The notes under the pieces are model-generated. The model worked only from the letters and a program-made list of their open reading frames with translations. It ran no database searches and had not been told where the DNA came from. This document shows, piece by piece, positions 30,224 through 38,714 of a DNA stretch of 64,000 bases. The stretch comes from an uncultured Candidatus Rokubacteria bacterium (GTDB taxonomy: Bacteria > Methylomirabilota > Methylomirabilia > Rokubacteriales > CSP1-6), in NCBI GenBank assembly GCA_963754315.1, contig CAVWFS010000019.1:800001-864000 (forward strand), read 5' to 3'. Both the position numbers and the translations under genes were made by a program. Within the stretch, counting starts at the first letter, position 1; every line of letters begins with the position of its first letter.

Positions 30224-31627
30224 ATGACCTGCACCGATAGCAAAGGACTCGCGCTGTCGACGGCGTCGTCGGACGCCCTGGGAGCCTACGAGCGCGGCGT
30301 CGACCTGTTTCTGCGCTGGCGCGGCGCGCCCATGGATGCCCTGGAGACGGCCACGCAGTGCGACCCGAACTTCGCGCTCGCGTATTGCACGCGGGCTTAC
30401 ATCGCCTGGCGCATGGGGCGAGCGGACCTGGCCACGGCGGCCGGCCGGCAAGCCGCCGCGTTGATCGATGAGGCGCACCACGAGCGAGAACGTCTGCACG
30501 TTCGCGCCGTCGACGCCATGCAGCGCGGTGAGCAGGCCACCGCGTACGACCTCCTGGGGAAGATCGCCGCCGAGTACCCGACGGATCGCATGGCGGTCCG
30601 CATCGTCGGCCTCAATTGCATCACCCAGGGCAACTATCGGGGCGGCATCGACATCGCCCGCCGGAGCCTCGAAGCCAATCCGGGCGAACCACAGTACCAG
30701 ACCATGCTGGGCTTCTTCCTGGAGCAATCCGGCTACAACGACGAAGGGCTCGCCATGAGCCTGCGGTCCCTGGCCCAGGACCCGACGAGTCTCTACACCT
30801 ACCATGCGGTCGCCCACGCGTATCAGGCGCGGGGCGATTACCGCGACGCGCTGGAGACCTTCGAGCGAGCAGCCTCGCTGGAGCGCTACCCGCACATCCT
30901 CTGGCACCTCGCCGAGACGCAGGCCATTCTGGGCCACGAGCGCATGACCCGCGACTATTGGGCCTCTACCACGCCGCCCCTGCCGCTTTACGAGCGCATC
31001 GAGCTCCTGTGGCGTCTGGAAATCCTGCGCGGCACGCCGACGGACGATGCCGTCTGGCAAGACCTGGCCACCCAGGGCGAGAAGCTGCTCGTGCACGGAG
31101 ATTTCTTGACGACGTGGATGCATCACTGGCTCGGGGTCGCCTTCGCCCATGCCGGGAAATGGGACAAAGCCAACCAGCAGCTCGAGCGGCTGCGCCGTCT
31201 GCCGGAGGGCCGTGCTAGCGGCTACTGGTCAACCTTGGGGGCCTCCCTCCTGGAGGGCGAGCTGGCGATCATCCAGGGCGACTACGCGGCGGCCGCGCGG
31301 ATCATGGCGCCGGCGGTGGAACGTATCCATATGATGGGCGGCGGGAGTCGGGAACAGAAGGACATCTTCGTCGACGTGCTTCTGGAGCTGCACCGTCGGC
31401 TCGGAAACGTGGAGAAGGTCATCGACCTGGCGCAGCAGCGCCTGCTGGCCAATCCCCACCACCTCCAGTCGCTCGTGGCCCTCGCCTGGGCCTACGAACG
31501 GCAGGGCAACACTGCCCTCCAGCGGCATGCCTGCCGGCAGCTAGTCCAGCGAGCAGATGACGTCGGGCTAGCCCCGAACGCGCCCGAGCTGCTGGCCGCG
31601 CGGCAGGTGCTGCAGGCGCCTGCCTGA
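30224..31627 (+). CDS. TTC38-like tetratricopeptide repeat protein
   Basis: DPNFALA, HAVAH, HILWHLA, GGSREQKD motifs. Confidence 0.8.
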   Translation: MTCTDSKGLALSTASSDALGAYERGVDLFLRWRGAPMDALETATQCDPNFALAYCTRAYIAWRMGRADLATAAGRQAAALIDEAHHERERLHVRAVDAMQRGEQATAYDLLGKIAAEYPTDRMAVRIVGLNCITQGNYRGGIDIARRSLEANPGEPQYQTMLGFFLEQSGYNDEGLAMSLRSLAQDPTSLYTYHAVAHAYQARGDYRDALETFERAASLERYPHILWHLAETQAILGHERMTRDYWASTTPPLPLYERIELLWRLEILRGTPTDDAVWQDLATQGEKLLVHGDFLTTWMHHWLGVAFAHAGKWDKANQQLERLRRLPEGRASGYWSTLGASLLEGELAIIQGDYAAAARIMAPAVERIHMMGGGSREQKDIFVDVLLELHRRLGNVEKVIDLAQQRLLANPHHLQSLVALAWAYERQGNTALQRHACRQLVQRADDVGLAPNAPELLAARQVLQAPA

Positions 31628-31662
31628 TTCTCAGCGCGCCGCCAGGCGTCGGCTCGGTAAGA

Positions 31663-31887
31663 TTGGCGTCGGTGAATGGCAAGCCCCAACCCAACCATGC
31701 CGTCTATCTGCGCGTGTTGCGTGGTATGACGCCAGAGCAGCGGCTGCAGGCGGCGTTCGAGCTGACGGCCTCGACGCGGGCCCTCTTCGCGTTCGGACTA
31801 CGCCGCCGATTCCCGGCCCTTGACGATGCGGCGTTCGCCCGACTGCTGCGCGAACGCCTAGATCTGTGTCACAACCGCAATTATTGA
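31663..31887 (+). CDS. Small hypothetical protein, putative partner of the downstream nucleotidyltransferase
   Basis: LRGMTPEQRLQAAFEL..GLRRRFP; overlaps the next gene. Confidence 0.6.
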   Translation: MASVNGKPQPNHAVYLRVLRGMTPEQRLQAAFELTASTRALFAFGLRRRFPALDDAAFARLLRERLDLCHNRNY

Positions 31888-32444
31888 AGCACGTCGTCCA
31901 TCAGCTCGACGCGATGGGCATCGAGTACATGATCAGCGGCTCGATCGCCTCGAGCTTGCAGGGTGAGCCGCGTGCCAGCCACGACATCGACATCGTCGTG
32001 GCCGTCCGCGCACCGGCGGCGGAGGTGGCCGCCCAGCTGAAGGCCGCCTTCCCTGAACCCGACTTCTACCTGGACGACGAGGCCGTGCGCGAGGCCATCG
32101 TCGCCCGATCCATGTTCAACCTCCTCGATGCCCGGGAGGGTGGCAAGGTCGACTTCTGGCTGTTGACCGACGAGGACTTCGACCGCGCCCGCTTCGACCG
32201 GCGCTACGTTGAGGTCTTCGAGGGGCAGCGGCTGTTCGTCTCGCGGCCAGAGGACACGATCCTGATGAAGCTCCGGTGGGCAGCCATGCTGGGGGGGAGC
32301 GAGAAGCAGTTCACCGACGCGCTACGCGTATGGGAGGTCCAGCACGGCCGCCTCGACGAGGAATATCTGGACCGATGGGCGCGGGCGCTCCAGGTCGCGG
32401 ACGCGCTCGGTCGGCTCCGGCAGGAAGCGCGGCCGCTCCCGTAG
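31866..32444 (+). CDS. Pol-beta-superfamily nucleotidyltransferase
   Basis: SGSIAS..GEPRASHDIDIVV (GS..DxD), KVD, PEDTILMKL. Confidence 0.8.
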   Translation: MSQPQLLKHVVHQLDAMGIEYMISGSIASSLQGEPRASHDIDIVVAVRAPAAEVAAQLKAAFPEPDFYLDDEAVREAIVARSMFNLLDAREGGKVDFWLLTDEDFDRARFDRRYVEVFEGQRLFVSRPEDTILMKLRWAAMLGGSEKQFTDALRVWEVQHGRLDEEYLDRWARALQVADALGRLRQEARPLP

Positions 32445-32461
32445 TCGGGTCGTCGCTCGGG

Positions 32462-32824
32462 CTACCCGAAGGCCAGGTTCAGCGCGATAGCAACCGCCGC
32501 CAGGCGCTTGTCGCGGGTCCACAAGCGCGCGGGAGCAGCGAGGGCGGTCGATGCCAGCAGATGGACGTCGACGAATCCGATGCCGCGCCCCATCAGCGCG
32601 CGCTGCTCGAGAAAGGCGAGCGCTTCGGCGTGCGTCGCCATGGGTGCCGAGGGCAATCGGCTGAGCAGATCGAGCACCTCGCGCCGATGCTTCAAGGTCC
32701 CGCAGGCTAGCTCGCCGATGACAAAGGGATGGGCCAGCACGCGTCCGATCCCGAGCTCGGCGGAGAGCGCCGCATTCCCCCACCGGAGATGCTCCACCCA
32801 AATCGACGTGTCGACCAGAATCAC
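32462..32824 (-). CDS. vapC: VapC PIN-domain toxin
   Basis: ILVDTSIW, IGELACG, GFVDVHLL, LWTRDKRL. Confidence 0.9.
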   Translation of the reverse strand: MILVDTSIWVEHLRWGNAALSAELGIGRVLAHPFVIGELACGTLKHRREVLDLLSRLPSAPMATHAEALAFLEQRALMGRGIGFVDVHLLASTALAAPARLWTRDKRLAAVAIALNLAFG

Positions 32825-33027
32825 CGGTCATTCGCCCTCTTCGGGCGCCGACGCGGCGAGACCCGTAGCAGCCTCTCGGTCGCGCCGAGCCGTGCCAGTC
32901 GTCGGGCACTCTCGCGCTCTATCAGCGCGCGCAATCCCTCGTGGATGAGGGCGGTGCGCTCGGTCATCCCCGTGAGGCGCTGTGCCTCACCGAGTAAGCG
33001 GTCGTCGAGATTGAACGTTGTGCGCAT
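32821..33027 (-). CDS. vapB: VapB antitoxin
   Basis: MRTTFNLDDRLL..A..LTG..TALIHEGL..RRLARLG. Confidence 0.88.
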   Translation of the reverse strand: MRTTFNLDDRLLGEAQRLTGMTERTALIHEGLRALIERESARRLARLGATERLLRVSPRRRPKRANDR

Positions 33028-33110
33028 GCCCCCTCCGATTCGTATGCATCAAGAGTACATCAAATGATGACGAAAGAGAAGCCCGGCAAGGACATACCCC
33101 TGAATCGCCT

Positions 33111-34001
33111 TCATGGCGATCCTCCTTCCGAGCTCAGCGCGGCGATATCGTCGGCCAGGGTCACGAGGCGCTGGGCCTCCTCGACGTGGAGATTCTCGAC
33201 GAGGCGCCCGTCGACGACGACCACGCCCTTGCCTTGCAGGGTGGCCTCCGCATGAGCGGCCATGACGCGGCGCGCCCATGAGATCTCGTCCGCTGACGGC
33301 GCGAAGATCTCGTTGGCGAGGGTGATCGTCTTCGGATGTATGAGCGTCTTGCCCTCGAAGCCCATCGCGCGGGCCTGGTGGCAGGCTGCGGCAAAGCCCG
33401 CCTCGTCCTCCAGGTCGAGGTGGACACCGTCGAGGGCGGCCAGGCCGTGGGCGCGGGCGGCCAGCACGCACAGGCCGAGGCTCGTCACCAGTGGCTGGCG
33501 GTCGCGCGTATGCCGGGCGTGGAGGTCTTTCGTGAGGTCCGAGGTGCCCATCACCAGGGCGGCCACCCGCGGGCCGGCGGCCGCGATCGCCTCCGCGCGA
33601 AGGATGCCACGCGGGGTCTCCAGCATGCACCACACGGCCAGCCCCTCCGGGGCTCCTTGGATGGCCAGTATGCGGAGCGCCTCGTCCACACCCTCGGCGT
33701 CCTCGACCTTGGGCAGCAGCACCGCGTCGGCACCAGAGCCGGCCGCGGCCGAGAGGTCTGCCTTACCCCAAGGCGTCGCGAGCGCGTTTACGCGAATCAC
33801 GATCTCGCGTCGGCCATAACCGCCGGTCCGGGCCGCCGCGCACGCCATGGCCCGCGCGGTCTCCTTGGCGTCAGGCGCCACCGCGTCTTCGAGATCGAAG
33901 ATCAGCGCGTCTGCCGGGAGCGTCTTGGCCTTGTCCAGCGCACGCGAGTTGGAGGCCGGCATGAAGAGGACGCTGCGTCGAGGTCGTATCCGTCCGTTCA
34001 C
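33111..34001 (-). CDS. CitE/malyl-CoA lyase-family CoA ester lyase
   Basis: RRSVLFMP, DLEDAV, IRVN, ETPRG, GTSDL, GKTLIHP. Confidence 0.9.
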   Translation of the reverse strand: MNGRIRPRRSVLFMPASNSRALDKAKTLPADALIFDLEDAVAPDAKETARAMACAAARTGGYGRREIVIRVNALATPWGKADLSAAAGSGADAVLLPKVEDAEGVDEALRILAIQGAPEGLAVWCMLETPRGILRAEAIAAAGPRVAALVMGTSDLTKDLHARHTRDRQPLVTSLGLCVLAARAHGLAALDGVHLDLEDEAGFAAACHQARAMGFEGKTLIHPKTITLANEIFAPSADEISWARRVMAAHAEATLQGKGVVVVDGRLVENLHVEEAQRLVTLADDIAALSSEGGSP

Positions 34002-34369
34002 ACCTTCCCCAGCGGCTGGTTGAAACTGAGTCGGTTACCGAACGGGTCGGTCACATCCATGACCTTCGCGTTCCACGGCGCCAGCTCGACCCCGGGGTTC
34101 ATGTTCGGGTTCGGGCGTGAATGGAGCTCGCGATGCAAAGCCTCCACGTCATCGGTATTGATGAAGACCTTGGCCCCCGGACAGCAGTCGCCATAGTGCT
34201 CGGTGAGATGGAGCACGACCGGGCGGCGCGAGACTTGGATGTATCGGGGACCCCCCGCCCCCGTCTGGTGCTCCCAGTCGAGCTTGAACCCAAGCCAATC
34301 GACGTAGAAAGCCTTGGCCAAGGTCACGTCGAAGACCCTCAGGACGGGAATCGGTGGCTCCAAGGTCAT
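33998..34369 (-). CDS. VOC/glyoxalase superfamily protein
   Basis: IPVLRVFD..FYVDWLGF..HLTEHYGD..DPFGNRLSF. Confidence 0.88.
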   Translation of the reverse strand: MTLEPPIPVLRVFDVTLAKAFYVDWLGFKLDWEHQTGAGGPRYIQVSRRPVVLHLTEHYGDCCPGAKVFINTDDVEALHRELHSRPNPNMNPGVELAPWNAKVMDVTDPFGNRLSFNQPLGKV

Positions 34370-34539
34370 GGAATCGTCCTCACCCAGAGACGGAGTGCCG
34401 CCAACCTTCGCGCTCGACGGCCGGGGCAGAGGTCGACCACCTCGGCCTCTCACAGACCATGCTAGCCACGTGCAGAGACCGGGTCAACGGCAAGCACTCG
34501 GAGGCCGAGGCTCGTCGGCCCCGTGATACGCTCCGCCGG

Positions 34540-35172
34540 ATGCCGGCGGCCACGAGCTCGTGCCACGACTTTGGGTTCACGGCCCGGGAGCTGCGCACCT
34601 TGCGCGCGTTCCGTACCCCACGCGGCGTCCAGCGCGCGCTCGACAGCATGCCCTACCACCTGGCACCGACGGCGTGGCCGCCCCGCCGGGTTCTCCATGA
34701 GTGGACCGCGCACTGTCTTGAAGGCGCCGTGTTCGCTGCGGTCGCCCTGCGCGTGCTCGGCTTCCCGCCCCTGCTTCTCGACCTGGAGGCCGTGGAGGAT
34801 ACCGACCACGTGATCGCCGTCTTTCGTGAGCGCGGCCACTGGGGCGCCATCGCCAAATCGAACTTCTCCGGGCTCCGGTATCGCGAGCCCGTGCACCGGA
34901 CCTTGCGCGAGCTGGTGATGAGCTACTTCGAGGGCTACGTGAACCTGCGCGGCGACCGTACCTTGCGCGCCTACTCGCGGCCGATCTCGCTGGCCCGCTT
35001 CGATCGTTGGCGTCCGGGCTGGATGACTTCGGATGGTGACGTGTGGTGGGTCGCCGAGCATCTCCTGCACACACCCCACATCCCGCTGTTGACGCCGCTG
35101 ATGATCCGGCGCCTCACCCGGGTCGATCGCCGTTCGCTCGAGGCAGCCCGGCTCGGTTACCAGGGCTCCTGA
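34540..35172 (+). CDS. Hypothetical protein, possible transglutaminase/papain-like fold
   Basis: AHCLEGAVFAA..DTDHVIAVF..WGAIAKSN; Cys then His spacing. Confidence 0.65.
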   Translation: MPAATSSCHDFGFTARELRTLRAFRTPRGVQRALDSMPYHLAPTAWPPRRVLHEWTAHCLEGAVFAAVALRVLGFPPLLLDLEAVEDTDHVIAVFRERGHWGAIAKSNFSGLRYREPVHRTLRELVMSYFEGYVNLRGDRTLRAYSRPISLARFDRWRPGWMTSDGDVWWVAEHLLHTPHIPLLTPLMIRRLTRVDRRSLEAARLGYQGS

Positions 35173-35182
35173 CAAGCTGTCC

Positions 35183-36253
35183 TCAGCGAAACCGAGGAAT
35201 CACTCCCTCGCCGAAGCGCCGCATCGACTCCATGATGGCCGTGTGGGGCAGGTAGCCGGTGCTGAGCTGACACAGGAGGTGATGCGCGCCGGCCGCGCGC
35301 AGCTCGGCCACCTGATCGGCCACCCGGGCCGCCGTACCGTAAAAGGCGGCTGTCTCGAGCGAGTACCGCACGCCATCCTCGTCCGAGACATTAGGATCGT
35401 TCCAGGGATTGACGCGTTCGAGAGGAAGCCCAAAATCGGCGGGGTTGTGGGTGGCGCGGGCGTGGACCATGTGGTGACGCGTCTTCAGGAGCGCGCCGGT
35501 GAGCTCGTCCTCGGCTTGGGCCTGGCTGTCGGAGACGTGAACGAAGCGCCACACGGCTGCCTGTTCGCGGAGCCGTCCCTGGGTCTGCGCATCGAGGCCG
35601 CTCTCGGCCAGGCCCGCCTCGTAGAGGGCAAGCCGCTCGGGAACACGGGCCAGCGGGATGCGCGCGGTCATGATCGGCGCCCCCAGGCGGCCGTACTCGC
35701 GGACGGAAGCGGCCGAGGAGGCGCTGCGCCAGATGGGCGGGTGCGGCAGCTGGCGTGGACGCGGCCGCAGCTCGGGCAACCGGACCTGGTAGAACTTTCC
35801 CTCGTGGACCAGCGGTGCCTGGGTCCACGCGCGAACCATCACCTCCAGGGTTTCCGCCATGCGCTCGCGGCTGTCGTCGCTGCGGAGCCCGAACCCGACG
35901 AACTCGTACTCGTTGTAGTTGGTCCCGTGGCCTACGCCGACGTCGAGCCGGCCATCCGACAGATTATCGAGGAGCGCCAGCTGGGTGGCCAGGCGGATGG
36001 GGTGGCGCAGGGCGAGCTGCAGGACGGCGAAGCCGATCCGGATGCGTGAGGTGCGGGCCGCCACCACGCTGGCCAGCGGAATGGGATCACAGTAGACGCT
36101 CTCGCCCGTGAAGTTGTGCTCGGTCAGCCAGATGCCGTCGAAGCCCACCGCCTCCGCGAAGCACGCCTGGGTGGCGACGTCCTGGATGGCGGCGAAGTCG
36201 GCCTCGGGCGACGGGGACAGGCCAAGGGTCAGCCAGCCGAACCGCATCGTCAT
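35183..36253 (-). CDS. LLM-class flavin-dependent oxidoreductase
   Basis: GFDGIWLTEHNF, HPIRLA, LSDGRLDVGVGHG, PRPRQLPHPPIW. Confidence 0.9.
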   Translation of the reverse strand: MTMRFGWLTLGLSPSPEADFAAIQDVATQACFAEAVGFDGIWLTEHNFTGESVYCDPIPLASVVAARTSRIRIGFAVLQLALRHPIRLATQLALLDNLSDGRLDVGVGHGTNYNEYEFVGFGLRSDDSRERMAETLEVMVRAWTQAPLVHEGKFYQVRLPELRPRPRQLPHPPIWRSASSAASVREYGRLGAPIMTARIPLARVPERLALYEAGLAESGLDAQTQGRLREQAAVWRFVHVSDSQAQAEDELTGALLKTRHHMVHARATHNPADFGLPLERVNPWNDPNVSDEDGVRYSLETAAFYGTAARVADQVAELRAAGAHHLLCQLSTGYLPHTAIMESMRRFGEGVIPRFR

Positions 36254-36254
36254 A

Positions 36255-37163
36255 CTAGGAGGCGAGCGCTCGGCGCACCTCGGCCAGGCGTGCCATGGAG
36301 CCCAGCACCTTGGGCTGGTCGTCGGTGAGGTGCCGGACTATGACGTCGGTATACCCCATGCTTGCCAGAGGTCGGATCTGGCCGACGACCTCGCTGACGT
36401 CGCCGATCACCAGCGACTCACGAGAGAAGCCGCGATAGCCTCGGGCGAGGACCGCGTCGGCGGTGGCTCGGGCCTCGGCGGGGCTCTCCCCCACGTACAG
36501 GTCGCGCCGAATCGCGATGGCGGTGGGTCGACGGCCGTGAGCGGCGCAACGCTCCCTGTAGTAGTCGATCTGGCTTCGTGCGTCGTCGAGCTTCAGGGAT
36601 GGCGACGCCAGAAAGCCGTCGGCGAGTCGCGCCGCCCGGTCGATGGCGGGGAGGGCCTGGCCGCCGATCCAGTACTCCACGTTCTCGGCGGGGCGCAGCG
36701 CCACCATCGCGTTCTCGAAGGCGAAGCGGCGACCGCCGCTCACCGTTTCCCCACGGAGCAGGCGCTGGATGATGCCGAGGGCCTCCTCGAAGGCCGATGG
36801 CCGCTGCTTGATCTCGGCCCCCATGGCGGCGAACTGGGGCTGGCCGTCCCCGAGCCCGCACTGGAAGATGAAACGGCCGCTTGTGATGGAAGCCAGGGTG
36901 CCCACCTGCTCGGCTACCAGCACGGGGTTCCACATCGGCAGCAAAAAGAGGCAGCCGGCGGGCCGGTCACCCCACTCGGCGAGCAGCCGCCCCAGCATGG
37001 GAACGTTCTGGTAGTACGGCGTGGGAGTCGAGTGGTGGTCGCCGACGAAAAGCGAGTCGAGCCCCGCCCGGTGGGCCGCCGCTGCCCGCTCGATCATCCA
37101 GCGGGCGCCCTCCCGCGGATCCTTCACCGCATGACTGCTCGTCAATGAAATCCCGACACGCAT
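36255..37163 (-). CDS. LLM-class flavin-dependent oxidoreductase
   Basis: GLDSLFVGDHH, NPVLVAEQVGTL, GRFIFQCGLG, RAARLADG. Confidence 0.88.
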   Translation of the reverse strand: MRVGISLTSSHAVKDPREGARWMIERAAAAHRAGLDSLFVGDHHSTPTPYYQNVPMLGRLLAEWGDRPAGCLFLLPMWNPVLVAEQVGTLASITSGRFIFQCGLGDGQPQFAAMGAEIKQRPSAFEEALGIIQRLLRGETVSGGRRFAFENAMVALRPAENVEYWIGGQALPAIDRAARLADGFLASPSLKLDDARSQIDYYRERCAAHGRRPTAIAIRRDLYVGESPAEARATADAVLARGYRGFSRESLVIGDVSEVVGQIRPLASMGYTDVIVRHLTDDQPKVLGSMARLAEVRRALAS

Positions 37164-37333
37164 GCGAGACCTCCCCCGCCCTGCTCCGGGCGCGGCTCGA
37201 CCATACACGAAAATTGCCCGCCCCATCCCGTCAGGGGCGCTCATACTGCTATGGCTCGAACACCATATCACCGCGACGGTGACCCGGAACCACGAGCCCG
37301 TGGACGGGTCGACTGTGTCGAGGGAAGGCGGCG

Positions 37334-38515
37334 ATGGACTTCAGCCTGAGCCCAAAGGAGGAAGAATTCCGCTCGGAGTTACGTGGCTGGCTTGCCACGA
37401 ACCTGCCCGACCACCGCAAGAACCATCCGCCGTCCGACGACGAGCTGTCGCTCCACCCCGACAAGTCGTTCGACGCCTGCCGCATCTGGCACCGACGCCT
37501 GAACGCCGGGGGCTGGATCGGCGTCCAGTGGCCGCGCGAGTACGGCGGCCGCGGCGCCGGCCTCGTGGAGCGCCTGCTCTACACCGAGGAGATGATCGCG
37601 GCCGGCGCGCCGCCCGGCGTGAACACCATCGGCTTGGCCATGGTCGGGCCCGCCGTGATGCACCATGGCACACAAGAGCAAAAGACGCGCTGGCTGCGGC
37701 CCATCCTCGCGGCGGACGAGATCTGGTGTCAGGGCTTCTCCGAGCCCGGCGCCGGCAGCGACCTCGCGAATCTGAGCACGCGCGCTCGGCTGGACGGCGA
37801 CGACTTCGTGGTGAGCGGCCAGAAGGTCTGGACGTCCAATGCCCACCGGTCGGACTACTGCATCCTCCTGGCGCGAACCGCCCCGGACGCGCCCAAGCAC
37901 AAGGGCATCTCCTGCCTGCTGGTCGACATGCATAGTCCCGGCGTCACCATCCGACCACTGGTCCAGGTGACGGGGGACGCCGAATTCAACGAGGTGTTCT
38001 TCGACGAGGTGCGGGTGCCGCGCTCGAGCCTGCTCGGACGCCTTCACGGTGGATGGGAGGTGGCCATCACCATTCTCATGTACGAGCGCATGTCGCTGGG
38101 CGGCCTGGTGGGCCTGCACCAGTACGTGGACCGAGTGCTGGCGCTGGCCCGTCACCACGCGGGCGCATCCGGCGATCCGGTCGTGCGCCAGCGCCTGGCC
38201 GATCTCTACATCGCGGGCCGTGCCCTCCGGCTCACGAACCTGCGCTACATGACCCGCGAGCTGCGTGGCGAGGCGCCCGGGGCGGAGGGCTCGGTCCTGA
38301 AGCTGACCTTCACTGACGCCTACAAGCAGATGGCCGACATCGCCACCCAGATCATCGGCCTCTATCACCAGATCTGGGGCGACGACCCGCTCGCCCCCGA
38401 GGGTGGCCGCTGGGCTTTCCAGGCGCTCTTTGCCAATCGCTTTGGCATCGCGGGGGGCACCGACCAGATCCAGCGCAGCATCATCGGAGAGCGCCTGCTC
38501 GGCTTGCCGCGCTGA
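37334..38515 (+). CDS. Acyl-CoA dehydrogenase
   Basis: WCQGFSEPGAGSDLA, GQKVWTS, FNEVFFD, GGTDQIQRSII. Confidence 0.93.
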   Translation: MDFSLSPKEEEFRSELRGWLATNLPDHRKNHPPSDDELSLHPDKSFDACRIWHRRLNAGGWIGVQWPREYGGRGAGLVERLLYTEEMIAAGAPPGVNTIGLAMVGPAVMHHGTQEQKTRWLRPILAADEIWCQGFSEPGAGSDLANLSTRARLDGDDFVVSGQKVWTSNAHRSDYCILLARTAPDAPKHKGISCLLVDMHSPGVTIRPLVQVTGDAEFNEVFFDEVRVPRSSLLGRLHGGWEVAITILMYERMSLGGLVGLHQYVDRVLALARHHAGASGDPVVRQRLADLYIAGRALRLTNLRYMTRELRGEAPGAEGSVLKLTFTDAYKQMADIATQIIGLYHQIWGDDPLAPEGGRWAFQALFANRFGIAGGTDQIQRSIIGERLLGLPR

Positions 38516-38528
38516 GCCCACGAGCCGA

Positions 38529-38661
38529 CGCCGCCTGCCGCGCTGAGCCCGGCGACGAAGGGCACTCGAAAGTGCCTTATCGCTCCAGGAGGTTCACACA
38601 TCAGCCGAGGCGAGCTCACGCCCTAATAGCTGACGCAGGGGCTCCCGTCGGAATGGCGGCG
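38529..38661 (-). ncRNA. Candidate structured RNA (three-way junction), family unknown
   Basis: Nested stems by eye: CGCCGCC/GGCGGCG, GAGCCC/GGGCTC, TCAGC/GCTGA with an inner GGCG/CGCC hairpin, and GGCACT-TTCG-AGTGCC on the minus strand. Confidence 0.4.
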
Positions 38662-38714
38662 GACATACTCGCCATCTTCCCCTGCCTACGGCTCGGAGGG
38701 CGATACTGCGGCGT

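Noticed and set aside
38529..38661. TPP or fluoride riboswitch, or 6S RNA
   Set aside because: Only short motif resemblances (GCTGATG, GAACCT); core consensus elements are missing, it is not in a 5' UTR, and it is too short for 6S.
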